A stretch of 64,000 nt of DNA from the NCBI GenBank assembly GCA_965263355.1, contig CBDHHL010000032.1, positions 512,001 to 576,000 on the forward strand, written 5' to 3'. The number at the start of each line of letters is the position of its first letter. The first letter of the stretch is position 1. The DNA is from Leptolyngbyaceae cyanobacterium (GTDB taxonomy: Bacteria; Cyanobacteriota; Cyanobacteriia; Phormidesmidales; Phormidesmidaceae). Below are positions 1 to 10,898 of the stretch, piece after piece. The translations under genes and the position numbers were made by a program. The notes under the pieces are model-generated. The model was not told the DNA's origin and ran no database searches. It was given only the letters and a program-made list of their open reading frames with translations.

Positions 1-1
1 C

Positions 2-1648
2 AACAGTAGTCAGGATTTCACCGTTTACGGTGAGAGGGGTAATGACACCATTACTACTGGTAGTGGTGACGATACTCTCGACGGTGGCAGTGGTGATGAC
101 GTTATTGACGGTGGCGGTGGTAGCAACACGCTACTCGGTGGAGTTGGTAATGATATTCTCACAAGTGGTAATGGCAATGACATCCTCGATGGCGGCAGTA
201 GTGATGACATTCTGACCACGAGTGGAGGAAAAAACGCCTTACTCGGTGGCGACGGCAATGATGTACTAACCACTGGTAGTGGCAACGATACTCTGGATGG
301 TAGTACCGGTAACGACAGTTTGGATGCGGGTGCTGGTAACGATACCTTAGATGGTGGCAGCGGTGCCGACCAGTTAATCGCTGGCAGCGGTAACGATAAG
401 CTCTATTTTGATGCTGACGACACTATTATTGATGGAGGAACTGGTAATGATACTGGTTATTTCCAGAGCAATACGAACCTGGTAATGAATGTCACTAATG
501 CGGGCATTGAAAGACTCTATGCCAACAGCGGTAACGATCAACTCTCAGCTACTGGTAATAGTCAGGCCAAACTTTACGGTAAAGATGGTAATGACACTAT
601 TACCTCCGAAGGTGGCAATGACCGATTAGACGGTGGAAATGGTGATGACATTCTGACAACTACTGGTGGTAACAATACCCTGAAAGGGGGTAACAACGAT
701 GACCAGCTTACTTCCGGCATTGGTAATGATATCCTTGACGGCGGCAGTGGTAACGACATCCTACTCACCACTGGTGGCAACAACACCCTGAAAGGGGGTA
801 GCGGTAACGATACCCTAACCGCTGGAGATGGGATAGATATTCTAGATGGTGGTTCTGGCAATGACATCCTTGATGGTGGTGTCGGCGATGATGCTCTGAC
901 AGGTGGGAATGACATCGATATTCTCTACGGTGGCGGTGGCAATGATGCTCTTGCTGGTGGTCTGGGGGATGACAGCCTCTATGGTGGTGAAGGCAATGAT
1001 ACCCTCAATGCTGAGGTCGGTGATGATCTACTTGATGGAGGAGCTGGTAATGACCAAATCTTTGGTAGTACAGGTAACAACCAAATTGAGGGAGGCACTG
1101 GGAACGATGAACTCTATGGCGTCGCTGGTGAAAATACACTCCTCGGTGGTGAAGGCAGTGACCAAATCTATGGTGGTACTGGTAAAGATCAACTCTATGG
1201 AGATGCGGGTAACGACTCACTAGATGGTGGCGAAGATAGTGATGAGCTGTTTGGTGGTACAGGTAATGACACACTGCTAGGCGGTAATGGAGCCGATGTC
1301 CTCAGAGGGGCTGCAGATGGTTTCGGTGAGGTAGATATTCTCACTGGAGGTGGCGGTAGCGATTACTTTATCCTCGGTGAATCAGGGCAGGTCTTTTATG
1401 ACGATGGCGATCTACTGACATCTGGATCATCTGACTATGCTTTAATCACTGACTTTAACGGTTCAGAGGATATTCTCCAGTTGAGCGGTTCAGCCAGTGA
1501 TTATGTACTTGGCTCCTCAGGCTCCAATACGAATATCTATCTAGATAGCGATGGTACTGGCAGCTTGAGTGGAACAGATGAGTTGATTGCTACTGTAGAG
1601 GGTACTTTAGGAATGGATCTATCTAACACATCAATTCTGTACGTGTAG
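2..1648 (+). CDS. RTX/hemolysin-type Ca-binding repeat protein, 5' end outside the window
   Basis: The frame of ORF 320..1648 is open back to base 2. It has dozens of GGxGNDxL nonapeptide repeats and a C-terminal 'DYALITDF...DILQLSGS...DELIATVEG' tail typical of cyanobacterial RTX proteins. Confidence 0.92.
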   Translation, partial: NSSQDFTVYGERGNDTITTGSGDDTLDGGSGDDVIDGGGGSNTLLGGVGNDILTSGNGNDILDGGSSDDILTTSGGKNALLGGDGNDVLTTGSGNDTLDGSTGNDSLDAGAGNDTLDGGSGADQLIAGSGNDKLYFDADDTIIDGGTGNDTGYFQSNTNLVMNVTNAGIERLYANSGNDQLSATGNSQAKLYGKDGNDTITSEGGNDRLDGGNGDDILTTTGGNNTLKGGNNDDQLTSGIGNDILDGGSGNDILLTTGGNNTLKGGSGNDTLTAGDGIDILDGGSGNDILDGGVGDDALTGGNDIDILYGGGGNDALAGGLGDDSLYGGEGNDTLNAEVGDDLLDGGAGNDQIFGSTGNNQIEGGTGNDELYGVAGENTLLGGEGSDQIYGGTGKDQLYGDAGNDSLDGGEDSDELFGGTGNDTLLGGNGADVLRGAADGFGEVDILTGGGGSDYFILGESGQVFYDDGDLLTSGSSDYALITDFNGSEDILQLSGSASDYVLGSSGSNTNIYLDSDGTGSLSGTDELIATVEGTLGMDLSNTSILYV

Positions 1649-1702
1649 TCAACAAAAGCCGATAGACAATATCGCCTTAATGCTCATTTTGAGGAAATCA
1701 AC

Positions 1703-1987
1703 ATGCTTGAATTTAAGGGATTTCACCCTAAGGATATTTCAAATGAAATTGCACTTAAACTAACAAACTCAGGGGTGCATTACCATAACTTAAATAGTGG
1801 CGCTTTTCAGTTCATCCCGTATACAGAGATTGCTGGATTCTCTGGTTGGCGACCTGGATACGGCTCTCTCCATATCTACAGCAGTAATCCAAACTTGATG
1901 ATCCACTTAAACTTTGCAGCGGAAGTAGCAGAGCAGGCCCTATCGCAAATTCAAAGTTTCCTTCAAGAAAAAATGATAACTGCCTAA
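1703..1987 (+). CDS. Hypothetical protein, 94 aa
   Basis: ATG preceded by a GAGGA Shine-Dalgarno-like sequence and followed by a hairpin. No recognised domain. Confidence 0.55.
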   Translation: MLEFKGFHPKDISNEIALKLTNSGVHYHNLNSGAFQFIPYTEIAGFSGWRPGYGSLHIYSSNPNLMIHLNFAAEVAEQALSQIQSFLQEKMITA

Positions 1988-2018
1988 ACTAGACTTTAAA
2001 TCATTGCATGCTTGAAAA

Positions 2019-2059
2019 AATAAAGTCCTCAACGGCCTTAAGGTCTTGAGGACTTTATT
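2019..2059 (+). terminator. Putative intrinsic terminator hairpin
   Basis: 14-bp perfect inverted repeat aataaagtcctcaa / ttgaggactttatt just after the 1703..1987 ORF. Confidence 0.65.
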
Positions 2060-2342
2060 ATGATGTAGGTCTGGACTGTATTATAAGTGCAGTGGAGTAG
2101 GTATAACTAATTGTCGGTCTTAAAATATAGGCGTTAAATGCAACAACATCCATAGTGAGAGTGCCAGGATAGTAGTGTTCAAATTCATGCCCTAATTCTA
2201 ACAACCATTAGGGCAACCATTAGGGGCAAACACCCATCGAAACAAGGTTGTAAGAACAGCTTTTCCCTTCCATATAGCTTGACATACATAGCTAACAGCA
2301 ATAGTGATCACTGAAACTCTTAGCTTACTAATGACCATGTAC

Positions 2343-2366
2343 GCAGAAACTTGCTAAAGTTTCTGC
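2343..2366 (-). terminator. Hairpin downstream of the DUF3131 cluster
   Basis: Perfect 10-bp stem gcagaaactt-gcta-aagtttctgc. Confidence 0.45.
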
Positions 2367-2449
2367 AGATTTCTATATTGTTCAAGCTCTAGGAAATTTT
2401 GGAAGGAAGTTCCCTAAATAATAAAGATTATGTAATTAAAGTATACTTA

Positions 2450-3778
2450 TTAGTTCTCGATCACATCTAAGATAGCTTGATTGCCAAGCGCCTTGTAGTA
2501 AATAATTTCTAAGATAAGGCCGTTAGTATTACCGGTTAAGATGGTGTTTATTTCCTCACTCTCTTCATAGAGACCAGCGTAGAATCCACCTCCGTCAGGA
2601 TCTTGGAGATCTTTTACAGCCTTGATTAGCTTTAAAGTATAAGGTTTTTTGGGAAATAGGTAATACCACCCAAACGCCGCTTTTGTACTAAGCGTGCGTA
2701 GTTCTGGATGGGGCTCATTTTCTTCTGTAATTACAGCCCATGGAGTTCCATTAGCATAAAGAGTGCTATAGAGAAAATGAGGAGCTTGATCAATGTTGTC
2801 TTCAGAGACAGCGGTGAGGTACCCTGTTTCTTTATATCTATTTTCCTGGGCAGCTAGGATGTCTTCTGCATACTCAGCCAGAGTTTCATCCCATCCAAAC
2901 TCAATGGCTTCTAGAATATAAGACTCACTAACTACATAGTTATTAGCGTCAGTTTCTTCAAAATTACGCTGGTCTACAGGGATTTTCACCCCGCTCACAT
3001 CTACCAGTTTCATCGGTTCTGTTTCTAGTGCCTTTGGAACCTCCAATCCCCAAAGCTCATAGCCACGGGCAGCATATTCTTCGTAACCAAGGCGGCCCTC
3101 CTGTACGGGTAAAAGTTTACCATTAGATTTAAAGACCGCACCATAGAGCTGGCCCTCTTTGATAGAACGAGGAAGTTGCCAACCCGACATCAGGTCAGAA
3201 ATCCAATTGTCATATTGGGGATGGCATGTGCGAATGATATGTAGGGCTGTAAGAAAGCGACCAATGTCTAAAGCCGACCAGCCTAATCCTTTTTTGGTGG
3301 GATTGTTTCCATAGTCTACCATCTCTCCGGTAGCACTGTTGTACACCTTATTGGGCAGTGCCCCCTCCACTAGCGGTAGCTCTCCAAGAGAGGTTAAAAA
3401 TTGATTGAGTTGCAGATCAAACTCACCTTGATCAATTAATCCCATCCATCGAACTGCATTCAAGGCCATTAAGTAATTACCTTGATCCCAAAGAGTCCCA
3501 GAGGGAAACTGATTGGCAGAGTTGGTAAATCCGGTTTCTGGTTGCCGATTATTGACAAAGTACTGCCAGGCTGCAGATGCATAGACTTTCTCTTGTTCAG
3601 TTAGAGGAGCGGTTAACTGGCCACAAAGGTTATTGGATGTCTCTTTTGCGGTTGCAGCTTGAGAATCAGACTTGGGACTGTCGATTTCAATGGTGCCACT
3701 AGTACAAGCTGACAAACCACCCATTACTAAAATAATAGCAAATAGACCTTTCAAAATTTGAGATTGATAGAAATTCAT
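2450..3778 (-). CDS. DUF3131 domain lipoprotein (putative glycoside hydrolase, beta-glucanase-like)
   Basis: Lipobox GLSAC after a hydrophobic signal. Motifs AWQYF, TLWDQG, LPNKVY, GWSALDIGR, EGRLGYEEYA, SESYIL, TAVSED, TGNTNGLILE. Confidence 0.85.
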   Translation of the reverse strand: MNFYQSQILKGLFAIILVMGGLSACTSGTIEIDSPKSDSQAATAKETSNNLCGQLTAPLTEQEKVYASAAWQYFVNNRQPETGFTNSANQFPSGTLWDQGNYLMALNAVRWMGLIDQGEFDLQLNQFLTSLGELPLVEGALPNKVYNSATGEMVDYGNNPTKKGLGWSALDIGRFLTALHIIRTCHPQYDNWISDLMSGWQLPRSIKEGQLYGAVFKSNGKLLPVQEGRLGYEEYAARGYELWGLEVPKALETEPMKLVDVSGVKIPVDQRNFEETDANNYVVSESYILEAIEFGWDETLAEYAEDILAAQENRYKETGYLTAVSEDNIDQAPHFLYSTLYANGTPWAVITEENEPHPELRTLSTKAAFGWYYLFPKKPYTLKLIKAVKDLQDPDGGGFYAGLYEESEEINTILTGNTNGLILEIIYYKALGNQAILDVIEN

Positions 3779-3783
3779 ATTTC

Positions 3784-5000
3784 CTAAGAGATATGCGCGA
3801 GTGGGTGACCGTTTTGAGTTTTGTACAACAAACTTTCAAGGATAATGGCGTTAGTATTGACATTGATCGCTTTGTTAGGACCAAGGTCTGGGTTCTCGTA
3901 TCGTCCTGATAGATACCCCTTGTGCTCATCGGCAAGGTTTTGCACTGCTTGTCTGAGGGTTTGGCAGTAATCGTTGTCGGGCAAAAGGCTACTCCAGGCA
4001 AAGGCTGCTTTTGCACTTAGAAAACGCAGATCAGGATGAGTGTTTCCTTTTACATCTGTTGCTGGCCAGGTCTGACCATCAGCATAAACACTGTAATAGA
4101 GAAAATAGGGTTTGCGATCCAGGGCATCTTCGTTTACTACAGTTAGTATGCCCGTGTTAGCATATCGATTTGCTTGAACCTGTAGAAGATTTTCAAGCTG
4201 GGGTTGAGTGGTATCAGGCAACCCTACTTCTATCCCTAAAAGTAAGTATGGATCATTGGTTAGATGATTGCTCGCTCCTGAAGAATTGAGATCGCGCTGA
4301 TCCACTATCAGGTCTACCTGATCAACAGTAACCCCCTGGGTTGGCGGGTTATAAGCGCTTTATCAGCTTCAATTCCCCATAGTTTGAAGCCATAGGCGGC
4401 ATATTGTTCATAACCTAATCGCCCTTCTTGCCAATACTGCAAACCATTACGGCCAGCTCCACTACCCCATAGCCAGCCATCTTTTACAGACTTGTTTAAG
4501 TCATAACGGGTCACGATGGTATTGATGCGATCGCGCAGCTCCGGATAATGGGTTTTAAGTGTGTATAAAGCCACCAGATATCGGCCCAAATCTAACGCAA
4601 ACCAGCCACTTGTCCCGTTGGGGTCAGGGCGATTACTTAATGTCCGCATGGTGGCTGTGTTGGTGCTATAGGCTTTATTCGGTAACCCTGTTGTCGGTAA
4701 GGGTAACTGTTCCAGAGTGCGTAACAGAATCGATAGTTTTTCAACCAATTCTGTTTCAGAAATTAGCCCTAGTTGACGAGCAGCATGGATTCCTAAGAGC
4801 GCACTCCCCTGGTCTCACCAGGTGGCCCAAGGCAGTCCATCAACAGCATTCACCAACCCGGTATCAGGATTCCAGTTATTCTCAAAATAGGTCCACGCTC
4901 GACGAGCCGCTACTCGATCCAGAGAATCTGCCATATGTTCCACACTGTCTAAGGGAAGAGACGGGCTAGCTAACTCAGATATCTCAAGAGATGGAGGAGC
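3784..5000 (-). pseudogene. Decayed third DUF3131 domain of the upstream gene
   Basis: DUF3131 motifs (RRAWTYFENN, LPNKAY, EGRLGYEQYA, NTNAIILE) are interrupted by an in-frame TGA at 4815-4817 (TW*DQG) and a frameshift near 4350 that joins ORFs 4314..4748 and 3784..4305. Confidence 0.85.
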
Positions 5001-7948
5001 TTTTTTTTCTCCTCAATTAGGGCAATTTCTTCATTCAAACCTCTAGAAGTTTCAGCGATATTGGTCTCTCCTCCTTTAGCAACCCAGTATGCTCCCTGGT
5101 CATCGGCAACCATTTCGATGGTTGGTTGAGAGCCTTCGGGAAGGCCTAGCCCCAGTTCATCTCCGTCACGAATGGCATCCCACCACGGAGAGTCCATATC
5201 GTCATGGGGATAGATTAGAGGTTGCTGTTGAGTGTTTTTATGCAGTAAGGCTTGGAGAATTAGACTATTAGTGGAGCCCGTAAACCCAATGGCTCTACGA
5301 CCACCGTTTTCGTAAAAGCCCTCGTAATAACCAAGCTGTTGATTATACAAATCTAGAGTTGCTAGCCAAAGGTCTCGACCATAGTCACTATCAGGAAATA
5401 GGGTGTGATAGGCAAAGGCAACAGCTGTACTCACCACTCGAGAATGGGGAATAACGTCTCCATTATCGTCTACAGCAACCCAAGAACGACCATCGGAGAC
5501 AAGTGTACTATGCACCACATAAGGAGCTTCATTCACTAGGGTAGTTCCTGAAGCACTAAATATACCTGTGTGTTCATACCGAGTGGCTTCGGCCTGGTAA
5601 ATCGCGTCTACTAAGGCACTGATTTGGGGATCAAAGCCAAATTCTAGGCCATATAAGATAAAGGGTGTACTGGTGGTATTTAACAGTTCATTTCGACGAC
5701 GTTGCTCTGGCTGAGACCGATTAGTGGGAACTGCTTGTTCTTCTAGCTTAGTGGTGACATAGTTGCCGCCAACGGCTGAGCGAGAAGCATCAAATCCCCA
5801 CAGCTGAAAAGCCCGGGCGGCATATTCTTCATAGCCAAGGATTTCTGCAGGCTTGACTCGGATGCGATCTCGACCCCGATCATCCTGAGCCAAACGAGCA
5901 TTAGCAATACGGCCATTTCTAACCACTCGTAGATAAGACCAGTCCAAAGCTAACTTATCTACAACATCAGTATATTCGGGATGACAGGTTTTAAGTGTGT
6001 GCAAAGATGCCAATAGTCTTCCAATATCCAGGCCAGACCAGCCATCTCCTTGAGGAATGGAATTACCACCATAATCAATAGGTTCTAGAGAAAGGGTGCT
6101 GTAGGAACGATGAGGAAGCTCTCCAGCAAACAGTTCAATCTCCTGTAAAGCTCCTAGTAAATGCCGAATTCGTTCATCAAACTTTTTAGCATTAATCACA
6201 TCCATTGCCCGAGCAGCATGAAGCGATGCCAAATAATCTCCTATCCCCCAAAGAGTGACACCATCTAGATCACTACGATCAGGGACTAACCCTGAAGGAG
6301 TGTGGTTAGCTTCAAAATATTGCCATGCTGTTTTGGCATAACGCATATCTGTAACATTTAAAGGAGACACTACGGATGAGCAAGCCGAGGAGCGAGGTTT
6401 TTCCACCGGCTCAATAGCCGCAATCGTAACCCCCTCATGAGAAGCAGGCGGTGGTGGAGCAGCTGGAGCAGATTCCGCTGGTGGCGGTGGTTCAGGATTA
6501 CTGGCTGTTTCTGGAGGAGCTGCAGGTGGCGGTGGTTCAGCTGGTGGTGGTTCAGGGCTACTAGCTGTTTCTGGGGGTGGAGGTAAATCTCCTGTATTTT
6601 CCCCCGCTGGCACAGTAGGCACTGAAATAGGAGCACTGCCACTCGCCAACATGGGTATATAACCACGAGCTTTATAGTAAAGAATCTCCAAAATCAGTCC
6701 ATTACTATTACCAGTGAGAATATCATTAATAGGGGGCTGAGCATCATATAGGCCCGATTCATAAATACCTGCATAGTAACCCCGCCCAGAATTAGTTGTA
6801 TCCTTTACATGGTCAAAAATCTTGTGGGCATAGGGATCGTCAGGATAAACATAGCGCCATCCAAACGCAGACTTGGCACTTAAAGTACGCAGTTCAGGAT
6901 GCAGCTCATTATTCTCAGTAATAACGGCCCAGGGCACACCATTGGAATAGACGGTACTGTATAAAAAATAAGGAGCTTGATTAATATTGTCTTCGGAAAC
7001 AGCCGTTAACAGCCCAGTATCTTCAAAGCGTCGTTTCTGCGCTTCAAAGACCCTACGAGCATAATCTGCTTGATCTCCCTCCAGACCAAATTCAATAGCA
7101 TCCAGAATGTAAGACTCACTAACTACATAGTTGTTAGCATTTGTTGTCTGAAAATCCCTTGTATCGTACGGGATTTTTAGCCCATAAATATCTACAAAAT
7201 CAAACGGTTCATATGCGATCGCTTGAGGAGCATCAAATCCCCACAGTGCATACCCTCTCGCAGCATACTCCTCGTATCCTAAGCGTCCTTCCTGTACAGG
7301 TAGTGTACTATCGTCTGGCAAGACAGTAGCTCCATAGAGCATCCCATCTCTGACAGACGCCGCAATATTCCAGCTAGCAAGAATGCCAGCCATCCACTCA
7401 GAATACTGGGGATGACACGTACGTAAAATATGGAATGCTGCTAAAAGGCGACCGATATCCAGAGCTGACCAACCAATGCCTCGCTCTAATGGATTGTTAC
7501 CATAGTCCACCATCTCCCCAGTAGCACTGTTATAAACCTTGTTCGGTAGCGTATCTTCAAATAGACGCAGCTCTCCCAAACCAGCAAGAAATTTATTTAA
7601 TCGGCTATCAAACTCTCCCTGCTCAATTAACCCCATCCACCTAGCCGCATTCATAGCTGCCAGATAATTACCTAAGTCCCATAGCGTACCAGATGGATAA
7701 CCACCTGCAGAGTTGGACAATCCAGTGGATTCTTGAACATTATCCACAAAATAATTCCAGGCTGATTGAGCATAGCCCATTTCCTCTGGGGTCAGGGGTT
7801 GTGTAATTGCAGCACATTGCTCTGGACCATTTTGAGCCACAACGGGAGAGATCTGGAAAATAGATATCCATAGGGTAATAAATACTCCTACAAGCCAATA
7901 GGCAATAAATCTGATCCAGAATCGATGGCGAGTTAATAGTATTAACAC
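4970..7948 (-). CDS. Tandem DUF3131 protein (two intact domains, Pro-rich linker), truncated by a frameshift at an A8 tract
   Basis: N-terminal TM/signal segment. Two copies of the AW.YF / TLW / GWS.LDIGR / LGYEEYA motif set separated by a PPPETASSPEPPP linker. Confidence 0.85.
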   Translation of the reverse strand: MLILLTRHRFWIRFIAYWLVGVFITLWISIFQISPVVAQNGPEQCAAITQPLTPEEMGYAQSAWNYFVDNVQESTGLSNSAGGYPSGTLWDLGNYLAAMNAARWMGLIEQGEFDSRLNKFLAGLGELRLFEDTLPNKVYNSATGEMVDYGNNPLERGIGWSALDIGRLLAAFHILRTCHPQYSEWMAGILASWNIAASVRDGMLYGATVLPDDSTLPVQEGRLGYEEYAARGYALWGFDAPQAIAYEPFDFVDIYGLKIPYDTRDFQTTNANNYVVSESYILDAIEFGLEGDQADYARRVFEAQKRRFEDTGLLTAVSEDNINQAPYFLYSTVYSNGVPWAVITENNELHPELRTLSAKSAFGWRYVYPDDPYAHKIFDHVKDTTNSGRGYYAGIYESGLYDAQPPINDILTGNSNGLILEILYYKARGYIPMLASGSAPISVPTVPAGENTGDLPPPPETASSPEPPPAEPPPPAAPPETASNPEPPPPAESAPAAPPPPASHEGVTIAAIEPVEKPRSSACSSVVSPLNVTDMRYAKTAWQYFEANHTPSGLVPDRSDLDGVTLWGIGDYLASLHAARAMDVINAKKFDERIRHLLGALQEIELFAGELPHRSYSTLSLEPIDYGGNSIPQGDGWSGLDIGRLLASLHTLKTCHPEYTDVVDKLALDWSYLRVVRNGRIANARLAQDDRGRDRIRVKPAEILGYEEYAARAFQLWGFDASRSAVGGNYVTTKLEEQAVPTNRSQPEQRRRNELLNTTSTPFILYGLEFGFDPQISALVDAIYQAEATRYEHTGIFSASGTTLVNEAPYVVHSTLVSDGRSWVAVDDNGDVIPHSRVVSTAVAFAYHTLFPDSDYGRDLWLATLDLYNQQLGYYEGFYENGGRRAIGFTGSTNSLILQALLHKNTQQQPLIYPHDDMDSPWWDAIRDGDELGLGLPEGSQPTIEMVADDQGAYWVAKGGETNIAETSRGLNEEIALIEEKKKLLHLLRYLS

Positions 7949-8041
7949 TTCTATGGGGACAACCTATAAGAATATCGGATGCAGATCAAAACTAATTTGA
8001 TGTGTAATGGAAGGATGCCCTAAAAAGGAAAACAACTATAT

Positions 8042-8281
8042 TCATTTGGAACTCGAATGTTGCCCTGTCCTTAAATAATCAAAAATTGAACAAATCTGGA
8101 TCTCTAAATGACTTTCTAAAGGTACAGTCAAAGATGATTTGACTGCAGAACTAGTCCTGGGAGATAAACGTTTACTAACATATTCCAGAGTAATGATTAG
8201 CCCTACTGCCGTTGTAATACCCCCAATCACTGTAAGCACAACCCAAATGGTTGGAGGACCTATAAAGTTATCTTGATTCAT
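8042..8281 (-). CDS. Small putative membrane protein
   Basis: 79-aa ATG ORF with one hydrophobic segment, co-oriented upstream of the DUF3131 genes. Confidence 0.4.
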   Translation of the reverse strand: MNQDNFIGPPTIWVVLTVIGGITTAVGLIITLEYVSKRLSPRTSSAVKSSLTVPLESHLEIQICSIFDYLRTGQHSSSK

Positions 8282-8540
8282 ATATATTAAGGATTTTGAG
8301 TATATAACAATATTGTTCTGAAATAAACAGTGATGATGACTTTAGTTGATAGGAGGGGTGGAGTTTCTAAATTAGCGTTTACCCTTGCCAAATATAATCG
8401 GTGATTTCAACTATTTCTAATACAAGATGTTATATCTTGTTGGGTCCTCAAATCTTGTGGGTATATCTAAATTAGCATCTACAACAGTTTAAAAAACAGA
8501 GTATTCCAAGCTTTTGTGCAAGCCTAAAATCATAAAATAG

Positions 8541-9716
8541 ATGAAAACCAATGCTTCTTCAATTCTACTAATAGATGACGATCTATTCTCACGTAAACTT
8601 CTGCAAGCAATGTTGCAAAAGGTAGGTTATCAAGTTATCGAGGCTGATAGCGGCGATAAAGGTCTGGAACTCTATCAGAAAATTTCTCCTGCACTAATTT
8701 TGCTAGACGCCAAAATGCCTGGCATGAGTGGATTTGATTGTTGCCGCAAAATCCGTCAACTTCCTGAAGGAAAACATATTCCTATTCTGATGGTGACTGG
8801 ACTTGAGGATCAAATGTCAGTCGAGGAGGCGTTTGCTTCTGGTGCTACTGACTATGTAACAAAACCTGTCCAAATGCCTATTTTAGCAGGGCGTGTACGT
8901 TATTTATTAAAAGCTTGGCAGGCCGAGAAAGAAGTTCGAGAAAGCAATGAACGGTTCCGGTTAGAGTTACATCGAGCAGCTGAATATGTGGAAGCACTTC
9001 TCCCTAATAACGATGATTCTAAAAAAAAGGAGAATATTCAGGCAAATATTCAGATCAACGTCCAGTATCAACCTTCGAATACCTTAGGTGGTGATGCTTT
9101 TGACTATGTTTGGTTAGATGATGAACATCTAATGTTCCATTTACTAGACGTAGCAGGGCATGGGGTTAAATCTGCATTATTATCAGTATCTGTTCTGAAT
9201 ATTTTGCGAAAACAGACATTACAAGGAGCTAATTTTTATAGACCTGAAACAGTTCTTGAAGCTTTGAATGGTGTTTTCCAAGTTAGTGATGATGGTGAAG
9301 ATTATTTCACTTTCTGGTATGGGGTTTATAACATTACTAACCGAGAATTAACATTTGCTTCTGCAGGTCACCCTCCTGCTGTGTTGGCTATGCCTGAGGG
9401 TGACGATTATAAGACCTGCTATTTAGATAGCGATGGTATTGCTATTGGACTGTTACCTGACTTTCCTTTTGATGTAAGGAAATTTGAAATCCCGGTTGGC
9501 AGTAGTCTTTATCTTTTTAGTGATGGAGTCTATGAGATTCCTATGGGAGATGACCATGAAATTTGGGGATTAGACTCTTGGACACAAGCTTTGAGAGGGC
9601 ATAAAGAGGCTAAATCTGAAAACCTAAAACCTTTGTTAGATGAAGCTTGCCGTATAAATGGTGGAACTAGTCTAGAAGATGATTTTTCAGTTCTCGAAAT
9701 TTGTTTCTTACAATAA
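8541..9716 (+). CDS. Response regulator with SpoIIE/RsbU-type PP2C phosphatase domain
   Basis: REC domain (LLIDDD, LLDAKMP, KP) followed by GGDAFD, DVAGHG, SAGHPP, FSDGVYE and EDDFS PP2C motifs. Confidence 0.92.
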   Translation: MKTNASSILLIDDDLFSRKLLQAMLQKVGYQVIEADSGDKGLELYQKISPALILLDAKMPGMSGFDCCRKIRQLPEGKHIPILMVTGLEDQMSVEEAFASGATDYVTKPVQMPILAGRVRYLLKAWQAEKEVRESNERFRLELHRAAEYVEALLPNNDDSKKKENIQANIQINVQYQPSNTLGGDAFDYVWLDDEHLMFHLLDVAGHGVKSALLSVSVLNILRKQTLQGANFYRPETVLEALNGVFQVSDDGEDYFTFWYGVYNITNRELTFASAGHPPAVLAMPEGDDYKTCYLDSDGIAIGLLPDFPFDVRKFEIPVGSSLYLFSDGVYEIPMGDDHEIWGLDSWTQALRGHKEAKSENLKPLLDEACRINGGTSLEDDFSVLEICFLQ

Positions 9717-10404
9717 CTCTTTAGGTGAATAAACTTGTTATTTTTACGACTTGAGTGACTCTACATATTAGTGGAGGTTATAGATTTGAAATTGTTGACA
9801 TACTTTCTAGGATAGCTAAGCCATGCGGTATGATGATGTTCGATCAAAACAGGTCTTTAATGAGGTTGCGATCGCTAAGTTCAAAGGCTTTCAAATAGCC
9901 ATTCCTTCAAGAACGCAAACAGTCCCCCGAAAAATTTTCTCTACTTGGGTACCTCTCCCCAAACGCACTTATCACACTAAAGGAGGGATAATTTGGGATA
10001 GGCAGTTAAGCTTTTCCTTGTCAAAACTCAGAATTCAAAGTTTTTTTGCAAAATCTTCTGTATTTCCAGAGTTAAAGCGTTTAGCAGTAGGTGTCCCCAT
10101 TTCTTTTGAAATTCAAAGCACAGAGCCTTTACCCAGAGGTATTTGCAAGCAGGCAATGTTAACTTGCCGAATGTCTAGGGAAGAGAACATTTACTACAGC
10201 ATATTCCGAGACGTTACTCCCAAGTTTGTCAAAATCTTTCCCTGTCAGAGTATTATGCATTTAACTGATAAAATAGGTTTTGCCTCAATATTGAGAGAGA
10301 AGAAATAAAATCATAAACCACATATTACCTAAATCCTCAAGAAGTAGTGGTGTGGGAATAACATGTAAATAATTAAAGATGGTAAACAAGCTATCAACCT
10401 TTTT

Positions 10405-10836
10405 ATGAAAATAAGATTGACTATTCATGAGTTATTAGAAGGTTACAGGGTAGGTCAGCGAGATTTTCAAGATGTCGATCTGAGCGATATGATTTTAAGC
10501 TGGTCTGATTTAAGCAATATAGATTTGAGTGGTGCTAACCTATCTATTTCTATTATTGAAGGGATTTGTTTAGAAAATGCCAAATTACATCAAGTCAATT
10601 TGAGTCGCTCAGATATTACGGCTGCCAATCTTTGTTGTGCTGACCTCAGCCAAGCAAATCTCTATAAAGCAGATTTAAGGGGAGCTGACCTGACAGGGGC
10701 TAATTTGAGTCATGCAGATTTACGAAGTGCAGATTTAACTGGAGCTAACCTTAAAAACGCTAAGTTTTTGAAAACCAATCTTACCAGCACTCGATTCCGA
10801 AAGTCAGATTTAAATGATGCATTTTTTTACCCATAG
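10405..10836 (+). CDS. Pentapeptide repeat protein
   Basis: A(D/N)Lxx repeats and the cyanobacterial N-terminal 'ELLEGYRVGQRDF' motif. Confidence 0.9.
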   Translation: MKIRLTIHELLEGYRVGQRDFQDVDLSDMILSWSDLSNIDLSGANLSISIIEGICLENAKLHQVNLSRSDITAANLCCADLSQANLYKADLRGADLTGANLSHADLRSADLTGANLKNAKFLKTNLTSTRFRKSDLNDAFFYP

Positions 10837-10898
10837 CTTTATTTCAATACACTCTAGGTAAAAAAAGCATAGATAAACATATCGTCAAAATAAGGAGA

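Noticed and set aside
25..1274. Short alternative-frame and antisense ORFs over the RTX gene (and similar ORFs over carB, trpB and the kinases)
   Set aside because: Shadow ORFs of repetitive or long genes, with no independent coding evidence.
2222..2262. GGGCAAAC...GAAA resembling a c-di-GMP-I riboswitch
   Set aside because: It lacks the GACGCAAA segment and convincing P1/P2 pairing, and lies between convergent gene ends. An Infernal search with the Rfam c-di-GMP-I model would settle it.
5001..5008. Functional phase variation at the A8 tract
   Set aside because: Restoring the frame would still meet the TGA at 4815-4817 and the frameshift near 4350, so no functional three-domain product could be switched on.
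9823..10308. 161-aa ORF inside the signalling island
   Set aside because: No recognisable motif or clear SD. It may be spurious or a decayed sequence, so it was not called.
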